From NCBI GenBank assembly GCA_964016885.1, contig OZ024745.1, forward strand, positions 38,812,001 to 38,876,000: a stretch of 64,000 nucleotides of DNA. Reading direction: 5' to 3'. Shown here in pieces: positions 1 to 12,049 of this stretch (position 1 is its first letter; each line of letters begins with the position of its first letter). Both the position numbers and the translations under genes were made by a program. The DNA is from Eledone cirrhosa (taxonomy: Eukaryota). Below the pieces are notes generated by a model that saw only the letters and a list, made by a program, of their open reading frames with translations, did no database searches and was not told where the DNA came from.

Positions 1-476
1 GTTGTATGGTGGACGCGTCTAAAAGGACTGAGGTCTGACACCTTTCTCTCTGGCCAACAACTGGTCCGTTTCTTTCGATATCATTTCGGAAGAAGGATCA
101 GGATGGAGAGAGAGGTGCTGCACCCCAGCCGTTTTTATGAAAGATGGGTGAAAGTGGCGAGAATGGCCCGTGTGAATGGGCCTTCACTCTACATCAGACT
201 ATAGGTGAGGAAGATGAAAGACCAAGGGAGCACCCCTTCTCTGTGCTCCTGAGGAGAAGGGTTGCACACTTTTTTTCGGGGGTGTGTGCGACCCCCAAGG
301 CGCCTCCTCTCTATTGAGGACTTTGTTATTAATTTTATTTTTTGTTATATTTTATTTTATTTTTAAATATTGTTATTGCCTCTTCCTTATTGAGGACGCC
401 TTGTTTTGTAAACTCCCCCCCCCCCCCCATTGTACTTGTCCCACTTTTGATGCCCTGGTTGCAAATAAAAGAAACA
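1..476 (+). mobile_element. 3' end of an L1/Tx1-type non-LTR retrotransposon (ORF2 C-terminus + 3' UTR)
   Basis: Frame 1 reads VVWWTRLKGLRSDTFLSGQQLVRFFRYHFGRRIRMEREVL...RWVKVARMARVNGPSLYIRL* (stop 202-204), homologous to the ORF2 end of the minus-strand element at ~5684-5890; T-rich UTR and AATAAA near 464. Confidence 0.85.
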
Positions 477-669
477 TATCTATCTCTGGGATGGACACAC
501 GCGTGTAACTTGCTGAGTAAGTTCTGTAAACTTTAATTTTTGTACCATTTTGTAGAGGGACTGCCAAGTCAAATTTTGATCTGATCAGTCTCTCAAAATA
601 TTCTACGCCTTTAGACGAAATAGTTAACAAAAGTTTTTTTTTATTTTGAAAAGCTAACATTTTTTTTAA

Positions 670-2415
670 ATGGCTGAAGCTTCTTCACCAAAATTCGAAG
701 GAGGAAAGGGGAAGATAAGCTTCCCCCTGCCATTGTCATAGTAGCAGATGTCAAAGACAAAAGTCAGCCAGAGGAAGGATTTTCTCCACCTGCTGACCGA
801 CAACTTGACGTTACCATGGCAACAAAACCAAACAACCAGCCGCACCAGCAACAACAACAACAACAACAATGCTACGGACGAAAACAACACCAATAACATT
901 AACAATAACAACAACAACAAGACCAATAACTGTGATAACAACAACAATGATAACAACAACACCACTAACTACAACAGCAACACAAATAAGGAAAAGTACT
1001 CCTTCGCCCAGACAGCAAGGAAAACCCTCGACTATCTGCCAGTAGATATAACCAAAGCGAACGAGATACTGGCAGATGCCAACAAATACATAACGTACGG
1101 GGAAAATGGATCATTTTCGATCCACCCCTCCCCGGAACTAAAAATCAGAAACTCCTAAACACTGTCATGTTTAGGACAATCTCAAACAAAAGCAAAAAAC
1201 CAGCTCAACCATCACAGAGTGAGATAGATCTGGTTTTAAAAGACGTCATGAAAGACATAACATTCATTCAGAAGGATAGACTCTACGGGAGTCTATCTAT
1301 TCTCATGAAGGACAGGGACACGGCAGCGAAACTGTCCATAAAACCAATGGGTAGAAGGACACAACAAATAAACAATCCACACCATCCTGCCGATTATGGA
1401 CATATGGTGGGTTTTGACAGGTTTCCTGAACCTGGATGATGACATGCTGGTGTCCATGGGAAAGGCATCGGGTGACTTTCAGTGTAACGAGCCTCGAACT
1501 TGTAGTTCAAATGAGGCCCGAAAAGATCGCCCATAGGCCTGAACGCGTCATACTGGATGATCAAACTTTTATCAACATTACCGTTGAGGGTAGGCGGCCC
1601 TCGTGTTACCTCTGTGGAACCAGAGGTCACCTGAGGACTGTCTGTCCTCAACTTAATAAGAAAACCCCAATCCTCCCTACACCACCAACAACTGCACAAC
1701 CAACACAATCACAACAATCACCACTACAAAAACAACAACCACAGCTCAAACCAAAACAAAACAATGTCCAACCCATCCCCCCGACAAAAAAAAAACAATT
1801 TCCAAAACACCCGCACCGCAAATACAACCCGGAAATATACCCCTCCCCTCCAACGCGGAAGATGACCGTCATTCGTCGTCAGACGAGGAGGAGCACTTCC
1901 ACACAATCAACAGAAAAAAAGAAAAACACCTCAGGCACACAAATGAAAACAACCCTCCCCAAAACATAACACTGACACCAACACAAAAGAGCACACAACA
2001 ATAGCAAACAAAAAACACCACTCAAAAAAAAAACATGCATACACATACATAAACACAAGAAAAAAAAACTGTTAAATATTGGGTACAACAACAATTTGAT
2101 AAAAACCCAAGGGCCTAACTTCACCCAGGCAGGGGATTTCCCCCACCTCAAAATGATTAAGGCCCCAGAGGACACTTATAAAACACTAAAAAACAACATT
2201 AAAGATGATGTGCCCCCCCCCCCCGCGTCGGGCCCATTAACCGCGTCCTCCTAAAAAGTACCCCATCCCTCCCCAAACACCCACACAACTCCAAACATCC
2301 CAACCACACAAACACTGATGCCCCTACACTTCCACAAACCACCACCCCACACAACAACCCAACCCCCACCCTCATGGAAATTGTGCAGCCCGATACCCAG
2401 GACGCAGAGAGGTGA
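670..2415 (+). pseudogene. ORF1 (gag-like, CCHC zinc knuckle) of L1/Tx1 copy 1, frameshifted
   Basis: ORFs 748-1158, 1167-1439 and 1436-1969; motif VEGRRPSCYLCGTRGHLRTVCP; N/T/Q/P low-complexity tracts; ends ...MEIVQPDTQDAER* at 2415. Confidence 0.75.
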
Positions 2416-2439
2416 GTGCCTTTCCTCTTCACCACCAAC

Positions 2440-4885
2440 ATGGCTATGCTAAGAGTAAGCTGTCTAAATGTGCGTGGCCTGGGCTCAACTTGGAAGCAAG
2501 CAATGCTTCTCAATGACCTCAGGTCACAACGTATATATGTGATGGTTATTTGCGAGGCTCGGATCAACAACGTGCGACAGCTGGCCCACACATTTGATGA
2601 CTTTGAGATGCACACATCTCTCTGTCAGCCCGGAGGCGGGGGTGGGGTTGTCGTTCTGCTGCAAAAACATCTTGGTCTCGCAACACAGACGGTACATTTG
2701 GAGTCGGAGGGTCGACTAGTGGTTCTGGCCCTTGGCAGTGGTGAAGGCGGAGCGTTTAGGTTGGTAGCCGTCTACGGCCCTTTCGGGTCAATGCGGCCGG
2801 ACTTCTTCCATCGTCTGGAGACTTTTCTAGGGACGTCCCGCTCCTTGCTATTAGTGGGGGACTGTAATGGTATTCTAGATGCACGCCAGGACTACGTAGG
2901 GGCTTGTCCCGATATAGAGGGGTGTACTAGCCTCAAAGGGTTAATCGGTCGATTTGACCTGGCCGATAGATATCGACTAGATTTTCTGAATGCGCCAACT
3001 AGCGGATCATCTAGGTCGTACCTAGATAGGTTCTTGGTTGGAATTGAGGATAAGGACTTTTTAAGTTGTCCAACAATGCGCATGGTTGGCTATTCAGACC
3101 ACAAGTTAGTGACCTGCATGATCAGCCTTGACAGAACTCATATACAGGGACCCGGTTACTGGAATCTCAACTTGTCCTTGCCGCCAAGTGGGGCTTGCAG
3201 GGACCGGATTAGCACTTTAGTTGAGGAGCGGTTGACGGGCGCCATCGTCAACAGCAGGTGGTGGGGGTCGCCCAAAAGAGATATTAGAGTAGTCTCTATA
3301 GAATTTAGTAAGGAGTTAGCCTAAAATAGAAATAGGAAGGAAAGGGAGTTGGTAGATAGTGTAGAAGAGGCAATTAGAAGCAGCGACGTGGCCAGAGTGC
3401 TAGCGTCGAGAACGGCAGTGGGCCAGTTCTTCGGCGCGAAACACGAAAGCTGCATCGTCCGAAAGCAAAATACGAGCTCTGGGAAACGAGGGGACCAAAG
3501 CTGTTAGCTGGGCCCGCGTGACAGAAGCCAAAAGAAGGAGTAGATCCACTATCCGGTCTTTTCGAGACCAGGATGGACGGGTGATACTTGAACCTAAGCA
3601 GATGTGCGAGGCTTTTCAAAAGCACTTTGCCAGATTGTTCGGAAGGGGCGGGTAGCCGGTTGGGGAAGTGGACTTCGGTCCATACCTCGATGGCCTGCCG
3701 CGTCTCTCGGACAGGGAAGCTTAGTCCTGCGAGGAGCCCATTTCAGCCGCTGAGATAGAGGACGTGCTGAGCCAATGCGGCAAACGCAAATCCCCGGGTC
3801 TCGATGGTCTTCCATACGAACTATATCTAGCTATGCCGGACTTGTTCCCCGAGCTCCTCGAGGCGGTCTACTGCAACTGGGAACAGGACGGGAGAATTCC
3901 CTGTGCAGTGACCAAGGGCGTAGTCACGTTAGTGAGGAAGGACGAGAACAAGGGGTACGATATAAATAATTTCAGGCCCATAACTCTGCTAAATACAGAG
4001 TTACAGATTTTGGCCAAGGTGCTAGCAAAGAGGTTGGCGCTTGTCGTGGGCAACCTGGTGGGAGATGCGCAGACATGTGCTATTCCGTCCAGGTGCATCC
4101 ACGACAACCTCCACCCCATGCGATACATCATAGAGAAGGTTGGGAACGAACCCGGCTTTGGTGTGGCCCTGATCAACTTGGATCAATCTAAGGCGTTCGA
4201 TGGGGTCGATCATGGTTACCTGGATGCGGTGCTAGCGGCGGCAGGCTTCGGATCCGTTTCAGGGGCTGGATCAATGCCATGCACAGCAGCCGCACCTGCT
4301 CTAGGGTCAAGGTAAACGGCTACCTCTCGGAGCCGTTCGAAATCGCGCGGTCCATCCGACAAGGGTGCCCTCGCTCCTCCCTTTTCTATGTAATGATTCT
4401 AGAGCCACTGCTGCGGAAGTTGGAGTTGTTGCAGGGCATCCCGTTGGAACCGAGATTGCGGAAAGCGGTGTCGGTCTACGCCGATGACGTAACAGTAATG
4501 GTGTCGACAGCCTCGGAGATCGGGGCGATCGGCACCTTACTGGAGGAGTACGAAAATGTTTACAGGGTCTAAGCTTAACCGGGACAAGTCGATCGGTCTG
4601 CAACTCGGCACGTGGAGGGGCAGATCGATGCCCTCCGATGGCCTCGTCGGGCGCTGAACGGAGGGCCCGGTGAAGTTGCTCGGGGTCTTGTTCGGACCAG
4701 ACCTCCAGGTGGAGAAGAACTGGGGTGAGGTAACGAACAAGGTGTTTGCACTGACCCAGAAGTGGGCCGAATGCAAACTGTTCCTGAAAGGTCGGGCGGA
4801 GGTGGCGAACACTTATATAGCGTCCGTCATCTACTACCGCTTGACCGTTGTGCCTTGTCCAAGGGAAACGCTCGCCAAAATGGAG
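2440..4885 (+). pseudogene. ORF2 (APE endonuclease + reverse transcriptase) of L1/Tx1 copy 1, disrupted
   Basis: EN motifs LNVRGL, VYGP, GDCN, YLDRFLV, SDHKLV; RT motifs KSPGLDGLPYE, FRPITLLN, LDQSKAFD, IRQGCP, YADDVT; several stops and frameshifts. Confidence 0.9.
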
Positions 4886-5241
4886 CTAAGAGTGAGAAAT
4901 GAAATTTCGTTTCATTATATTACAACTTATCGTTTTCTGTACGCCTGGCCGACTGAAATCACTCGATATGCAAATTAGGCTGCTAAGCCGTTAATTTTCA
5001 TAAGGAAAGTATATACTTTCGAACGTTCAACTATCTGGCAGAAGGGTATACGGTGCTGATGATAGCTAACAAGCTTGAAACTAGTACATCGTTCCTGTGT
5101 CAGTATTGAACAAAAAGGTGACGTTGTTGCCTTAACACCGTATGGCATAAATCAGGCTGTTCGCTTGTTTACAAACGGACAAAGCGAGCGTTATAATAAA
5201 CGTTCGCTAAATTGATACGTACATATATATATGTGTACCTG

Positions 5242-5280
<39 letters not shown>

Positions 5281-5333
5281 GCATGCTACTGTACGTCTGT
5301 ATACATATATGCATGTACGTATACATACATACT

Positions 5334-5340
<7 letters not shown>
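4886..5340 (+). mobile_element. Hammerhead-containing ~434-bp repeat (retrozyme-like), copy 1, a circularly permuted monomer
   Basis: Homologous to copies at 44528-45600 and 47306-47694; reads through the point that is the unit junction at 44962; ends in (TA)n. Confidence 0.8.
5050..5092 (+). ncRNA. Minimal type I hammerhead ribozyme
   Basis: acggtg-CTGATGA-t agct aaca agct t-GAAA-ctag-TA-catcgt: stem I acggtg/catcgt, stem II agct/agct, 1-bp stem III with palindromic CTAG loop; predicted cut after GUA (5086). Confidence 0.85.
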
Positions 5341-5382
<42 letters not shown>

Positions 5383-5683
5383 AATAATAATAATAATAAT
5401 AATGATTTCGTTTATTAGCCACAAGGGCCGACATGTAGGTGACAATACAAAGACAGGGACAGTGGGGGTTTACAATAAGGTCGAGTAAAAGTGCACAATG
5501 GCAAGACTAATTTAACAATGAAAATATGAAAATATAAAATAAACTATGCATAAATATAACAAAATAAATTCCCCGATAGGGGGTGGACGACCCTGGGGTG
5601 ACACGGGTACCCCACTAATCCTGAACCACCCTGCGCTTCTAGGGCACCCATGGAGAGCACCCTCTCTCCTCAAGTTAGCAAGC

Positions 5684-8600
5684 CTATAGGCGCATGGTCA
5701 GAGTAGGCCCATTCACACGAGCCATTCTCGCCACATTCACCCACCTTTTAGCAAATGTACTGGGGGCAGCACTTCTCTCTCCACCCTCACCTTCCTTTCC
5801 AGGTGAAACTTGAAGAAGTTGATGAGGGATTGGCCGAAGAGAAAAGTGTCTGTCTTAAGTCTTTTTAACCTGGTCCACCATATAACCTCTTTCGCTACTG
5901 CACCAGTCAGAGGAACATGTTCTGCTCTTCCTGACCTAAGGAAGGCGGTGGATCAAAATTCACTATGGACTCGGCCGATAGCCGGATTCGTTCCACACGT
6001 GAGAGTAGCTGTTCGACATAACTATACAAGTCAGTAATGCACGGTCATTGGACAAGTGCGTGCAGAACGGTTTCGTCATTCTGTGCGCATCTTGGGCAGG
6101 TCCGTCTGAGAGCACTTCCGTGCCTGTAGAGTTTATCCCGAACCGGCAGTGCCCCCGGTAGCACTGCCAAGCGAAGGATTTCTGGAAATTGTCCACAGTT
6201 CCCGGCTCAAAAGTCCTCCGGTACAGACTGGTCAGTTCGACTTCGTCGAGGCCCAAAGCTTCTCCGAGTGCGTCATCGCACTTGCCCACCACTAAACCTT
6301 TATAGAACTCGAGAGTGGAAGTTCCACTGATCGAATTGCCCGCTTGGTAGAGGGCAGTGAGTGCCTGGAAACATTCCAGGTGTCAGTCACCCAATCTCGG
6401 TCTCTACTTGACCCAGGACTGCAGCTCAGTCAAAGAAAAGAGCTGCGGAAAGGCCCGTTTGATAAACGGCGACCACACCTGTTCACCGTTGAGGAAGACT
6501 ATCTGGAGCTATCGCAGCCTCAACGCATGTCTGCGCATCATTAGCCACGGCATACCCAGCCCTCCGCGTAGAGGGTGCTGGCAGCAGATGGACCGCCTCA
6601 CCAACGGAACTTATCGCCTTCCACAAGAATTTGAAGGAGCCGTTCCAACTTGACGAGGCACAACGGTCAGGGGGTAGTAGAAGACTGACGCGATGTACGC
6701 ATTCGCCACCTCCGCGCGATCTTTCAGTGACAGCTTCCTCCCAGCCCATTTTTGGGTGAGACAAGCTATTCTGCTCGTTACCTCGTCCCAATTCTTTTCC
6801 AACTGGAGGTCTGGTCCGAACCAAACTGCGAGCAACTTTACCGGTCCGTCCGTCCAGCGCCTCACGACGCTGTTGGACGGCATGGGCTTGCCTCACCAGG
6901 TTCCGAGCTGCAAGCCCACTGACTTTTCCGGGTTAAGTTTGGCTCCTGTCAACCTTTCATATTCCTTCAATAAGGTACCGACCACCTCGATTTCTGAGGT
7001 GTTCGACACCATCACGGTGATGTCGTCCGCATAAGCCGACACCGCCTTTCCACGTCCCGGTTCGAGCGGGATGCTCTGCAACAGCTCCAGCTTCCGCAGT
7101 AAAGGCTCGAGAGTCAATACGTACAGAAGGGAAGAGAGAGAGCACCCTTTACAGACCGATCGGGAGAGCCGAAATGGTTCCGAGAGGTGGCCATTAACCT
7201 TGACCACCGAGCGTGTACCGCTGTGCATTGCAGCGATCCAGCTTCTAAAGACAGGGCCGAAGCCAGCTGCTTTGAGGACAAACTCCAGTTACCGATGGTC
7301 GACCCTATCGAATGCTTTCGATTGATTAAACTGATCAGTGCCCGACCGAAGCCAGGTTTACACCCTACCCTCTCTATGATGTATCGCATGAAGTGGAGAT
7401 TGTCTTGTATGGACCTGGCTGGAATTGCGCAAGTTTGCGCCTCCCCAACCAAATCCTCGACGACCAGCGCCAATCTCTTTGCTAACAACTTTGGCCAAAA
7501 TCTTAAACTCTGTGTTGAGCAGGGTTATGGGCCTGAAGTTGTCTAACGTATCCCTCTTGTTCTAGTCTTTCCTTATCAGCGTCACCACTCCCCTGCTCAC
7601 AGAACTGGGTATATTCCCATTCTGCTGCCAGTCGCAGTAGAGTGCTTCGAGGAGTTCGGAGAATAAGTCTGGCTTATTTACGTAAAGCTCGTAGGGCAGC
7701 CATCCAAACCGGGTGACTTGCGTCTCATGCAGCCGACAAGGGCGTCCTAAATTTCGGCTGAAGTAACCGGCCTTTCGCAGCGCTCAGCGTCGACCGTCGA
7801 GATGCGCGGAAAGCCGTCAAGGCAGGGAGTGAAATCCGCTACTCTCTCTGACTCGCCACTCTCCCCGAACAACCGAGCAAAGTGCTGCGAAAGGCCTCAC
7901 ACATCTGCTTGGAATCGCTTATCTCGTGTCCGTCTCGGTCCGCCAAGGACCGAATTGTGGTTTTATTACCACGCTGAGCCTCCGCCACGCGGGCCCATCG
8001 AACAGCTTTGGTTCCCTCGTTTCTCAGCGCACGCGCCTTAGCTCTGACAATGCAACCTTCGTGTTTGGCATTGAAGAAATGGTCTAATGCCATTCTCGCC
8101 GCTAGCACGTCAGTTGCGATGCCACTACAAATAGCCTCGTCTACCTTATCTACCAGCTCCCCCTCCTTTCTATTTTTCTCTAACGCTAGTTCTTTGCTGA
8201 ACACTATCGAAGTTACTATAATCTCTCTTTTAAGAGCCCCCCAGCATCTGTTGATGATCCCCTTTGTCAACTTTTGCTTAACTACACTGTTGACTCGGTC
8301 CCTGTAAGCCTTACGTGTCGGAAATGACATGTTCAGCTTCCAGTAACCCGGTCCTAACCTACGCGTTTTATCTAGGTCGACCGTACAGATCACAAATGTG
8401 TGATCTGAATAGGCGGCCATTTTAAAAAGTGGGCAGCCCACACTACTTCCATCTATTTTCCTAATGAAGATCCTGTCTATATACGATCTAGATGACTCCA
8501 TTCGGTTGGTCCATTTCCACATTGGCACATTGGGGAATCTAGTCGATACCTGTCAGACAGTTGGAACTGGCTCAGTAGGCGCTTGAGGCTTTTGCACCGC

Positions 8601-9065
8601 CCGCTCCTATCGGCTACACCCACACAATGCCAGCGTGCGTCTAAGATTCCATTCTAGTCCCCCGCTAACAGTAAAGTGCGAGACGTACACAGAAAGGTCT
8701 CCAGGCGCCGAAAGAAGTCCGGTTGTCCGGCCCCTATAGGGGCGTAGACGGCCAGCAGTCTAAAGGCACCACCTTCGCTACTGCTCACATCCAAGACCAC
8801 CAACTTACCATCCGGGTCCCGGAAGATCGCCCTTACCTCGAGATCCAGTCCTTTCCACCCCACCCCCTATTACCGGTCTGCAAACAGATGCGAAAATCTG
8901 ATAGTCGTCGAAAATGGGGGCTAGTGCGCGCGTGTCGGAAATTCTGGTCTCGCTGTCGGTAATCACATCCATTTCCAGCGACCTGAGGTCGTTGAGCAGG
9001 CGACCCTGCTTCCAGGGTGACCCCAGGCCGTGAGCATTTGAACTTCCTACTCTTAATATGGCCAT
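5684..9065 (-). pseudogene. ORF2 (APE-EN + RT + C-terminal Cys-rich domain) of L1/Tx1 copy 2
   Basis: MAILRVGSSNAHGLG, VYAP, YIDRIFI, YSDHTFV, YADDITV, DNFQKSFAWQCYRG; stop at 5684-5686; many frameshifts. Confidence 0.9.
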
Positions 9066-9094
9066 ATTGGTAAGCTAAGAGAGAGAGGGAAGGT

Positions 9095-11014
9095 TTACTT
9101 ACCTCCCGTGTCTTGTGAAGGTCGGGTTGTTCGACCTCCATGGTTGGTGGGGTTTCTTTTGGGAACACCTTTAAAATCCTGATGTGGGTTTCACATTCGG
9201 GGTTCCTACGTCTTGAGGAAAGCTCTCTCCAATTTATTTGAAGGTATTGAGTGACACTCGGACCAGAAGCAAATCTTCTGGCACGCAAAATGTGCTCATT
9301 TCAAAAATCTCCCCCTCTGTTTGAATGTTCTCGCATCGTGCTAAGAGGGCCATCAGTTTATCGTTGGCCCTTCTGACAAGCACGAAGTTTTTAACATTTT
9401 GTTGATGTGGTTTTATTTGTTTTCGTTTTGGTGACTGTGGTGGTGATTGTGTTGGTGGTGTTGTTTCGGGTATGTCTGTGTTTGTTGTAGGTGGCGTGTC
9501 TGCAATTTCAGGTATATTGTGTGTTGATTTGAATCGTGTTTGTTTAGGTTGTTTGCGTTTCTGGGATTGTTGAGGTGGTGTCGATGTTGCTGTTGGTGAT
9601 GATGTTATTGGGGAAATGTTTGCGTTAGTGGCGTCTAAATTATGTTGTGTATGTTTTTCTGTTTTGTTAGGGCTTTTACTTGTGAGTTTTCTCTGTTTTT
9701 TTGCACTTTTGAGTTTTCCTTCATCTTCGCTGCTGGAAGACAAAGGGTCTGTGGCTGTGAGTGTCTCTGTGTCTGTGTGTGCGTTTATTGTTTTGTCTAT
9801 GTGTATACTGGGGGGGGGGGGGGTAAGTGGAGGTGGGGGGGGTTTCCTCGTTTTTCCCTTGGATTGGTTTTGGTGTTGGTGGTGATCCGGCTGTTTTTGA
9901 TGTTGGTGTCCGAGTTTTTGTTGGTGTTGTTTTTGGTGGTGGTGTTGGTGCATCTTTCCGTGCTGACACTGGCGTTGGCAACAAAGGAGGTTTGCGACCC
10001 CCTGCATTTTTCCGCTGAGGGCAGAAGGCTTGCAGATGCGTTGCTTCCCCGCAGACGAAGCAGCGTGGTCTTCTTCCTTAGTTGGATTGTTGTCCTGTCC
10101 TGCAGGCGGGCAAAATCCGGGATGTTGTTCATGTCCTCCGGTTCATTTGGAGAAAAATTTCCAAATCCATTCTGGACCAGTCCTCTCTCTCTGTCCTTTT
10201 GATATCCAGAAGGGTAGTGTCTGTCCCCTCCTCGATTACGCATCCCAGCAGCCACCATATGTTCATTCCTGGTGGGATGCTGGGAATGCGTACCTTTACT
10301 GTCCTTTTACCCATGTAGGACGGATGCATGATGATGCGTTCCGTTCTGCAGGGGGTGACCGAGTGCTTAATAGCGAGGGCCTCGGTTTTGAACAGTACCG
10401 AGATGGTACCGAACTGTTTGCCTCTTGCTTTGTACTCTCTATGTTACTTCCGATGTACTCCAAAGCAGCCTCGACCTCTGCTTGGCTGACAATTCCAATT
10501 TTCGTGTCTGCACCGAAATGCATCGAAATAACACCGTCCTCCTTTGCATGGCCGCTATTGCCTCGTCAGGGATGGTCAGGTTTCCCCAGGACTTCTCCCG
10601 TTAAATTAGCCTCCATGCTTGTGCCAACTGTTCTTCTTTATCGCTAATATCAATATCAATATTCAATAAGCGCTTTGTTTTTGCTGTTGCTGCAGGAAAT
10701 GTGATGCTTTTGATTCTCTTATTGTTGGTGTTGTCATACTTGCTGTTGTTATTGGTGTTGTTGTTGTTGTTGTTTTGTTTGTTGATGCTGTTGCCACCGC
10801 CATCGGTGTTTACATTGAAGCTGTCGGTGTTATTGTCGTTATTGCTCTGAGTTGTTGTTGTTGTGGTGGTGGTGATGTCGTTTTCAGATGATACTGCTGC
10901 TATGGCAGAAGGTTGTGATGGTAGCTTTTTAGTTTTGCCTTCCCATTCAGTAGAGTGGATGACAGGCATGACTGTCGTAGTTGTGGTGAAATCTACAGTG
11001 GCTGCCCTTAACAT
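9095..11014 (-). pseudogene. ORF1 (CCHC knuckle) of L1/Tx1 copy 2
   Basis: Fragments 10601-11014, 10129-10329 and 9234-10007; knuckle GRRPRCFVCGEATHLQAFCP near 10020-10075. Confidence 0.75.
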
Positions 11015-11321
11015 TTTTACCTGAACGTTGTTTACCGTTTCAAGGTCGAAAATTACTATAATATTTTTTTGGGGGTGAAGCGATTTTTTTCGAAGTTTTT
11101 AATAAGTAAATCTGAATATTCGGGCTTAGAGGCCGAATATTGAGAGGTATCCCTCTCTTTAAATCAAGATGTGTACCTTAAGTTTCGTTAACGACAAGAA
11201 AATACGAAAAAATGACACTTTAAAACAGCTTAAAGTTACGAACATTTACCCACGCAGATTTGTAGTCTTCACACATGTGCGGCCATAATAATAATAATAA
11301 TAATGATAATAATAATAATAA

Positions 11322-11412
11322 TTGTTTCTACTTCAGGCACAAGGCCAGCAAATACCCAGTGCATTACTGGTACTTTATTTTATCGACCCCGTAATGATGA
11401 AAGGCAAAGTCT
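11322..11412 (-). mobile_element. 5'-truncated MetaSINE-type SINE
   Basis: Reverse complement reads CTTTGCCTTTCATCATTACGGGGTCGATAAAATAAAGTACCAG...CCTTGTGCCTGAAGTAGAAACAATTATT; same family as 57073-57266. Confidence 0.75.
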
Positions 11413-11432
11413 AATACTAATAATAATAATAA

Positions 11433-11477
11433 TGATTTCATTTATTAGGCACAAGGGCTGACATGTAGGGTACAATA
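11433..11477 (-). mobile_element. Extreme 3' stub of another L1/Tx1 copy with (TTA)n tail
   Basis: tgatttcatttattaggcacaagggctgacatgtagg closely matches 5403-5447 (tgatttcgtttattagccacaagggccgacatgtagg). Confidence 0.7.
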
Positions 11478-12049
11478 ATAATACACCACCGCCACATTCA
11501 CCACTACCACGCTAAAAACTTTAGTCAAGTTACCTCAACTTCTATTTCTCCTTCAACTTCAACACCATCACTACAGTACTACGATCACATCACCACCACC
11601 ACTGCCTCATTATCGCTACCGCCGCTATTCTCTCCCACTAACACCTGCTAAGTACTACTAGCACAGCACCACCACCACCACCACCACTTCCTTATTATCG
11701 CTACCGCCGCTATTCTCTCCCACTACCTCCTGCTAAGACATGCATCGTAGTGTCCCCACTAAAAGAGGAAGGCATCAAAAGATATAAATAGACTGATTTG
11801 ATGACCCGGTCAAAAAATAAAAATAACAAAAATAAAAATAAAAACAGCACAGCAACAACAAAAAACGTAAAGAAAATAAAAAGAAAAAGAAAGACAAACA
11901 GATAGACAGAGAAGGAAGAAAAAGTCAGACGTTCAAACATTAAATAACAATGAAACTTATGCTTATTCTTTTTTTTTTTTGGGGGGGGGGGGTTATCTAT
12001 ATGTTTGTTTGTTTATTTATGTTCGTCTACAGCGTGATAGTGCCTCACT

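Larger units (their letters stand above)
492..4885 (+). mobile_element. L1/Tx1-type LINE copy 1, decayed and 3'-truncated within RT
   Basis: ORF1 remnants with a CCHC knuckle, then APE endonuclease and RT fragments; homology stops at 4885 where the hammerhead repeat begins. Confidence 0.88.
5404..11284 (-). mobile_element. L1/Tx1-type LINE copy 2, near full length and decayed, flanked by (TAA)n at both ends
   Basis: 5' UTR, ORF1, ORF2, and a 3' UTR ending AATAAACGAAATCA(TTA)n; (AAT)n tracts at ~5376-5403 and ~11285-11321. Confidence 0.9.
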
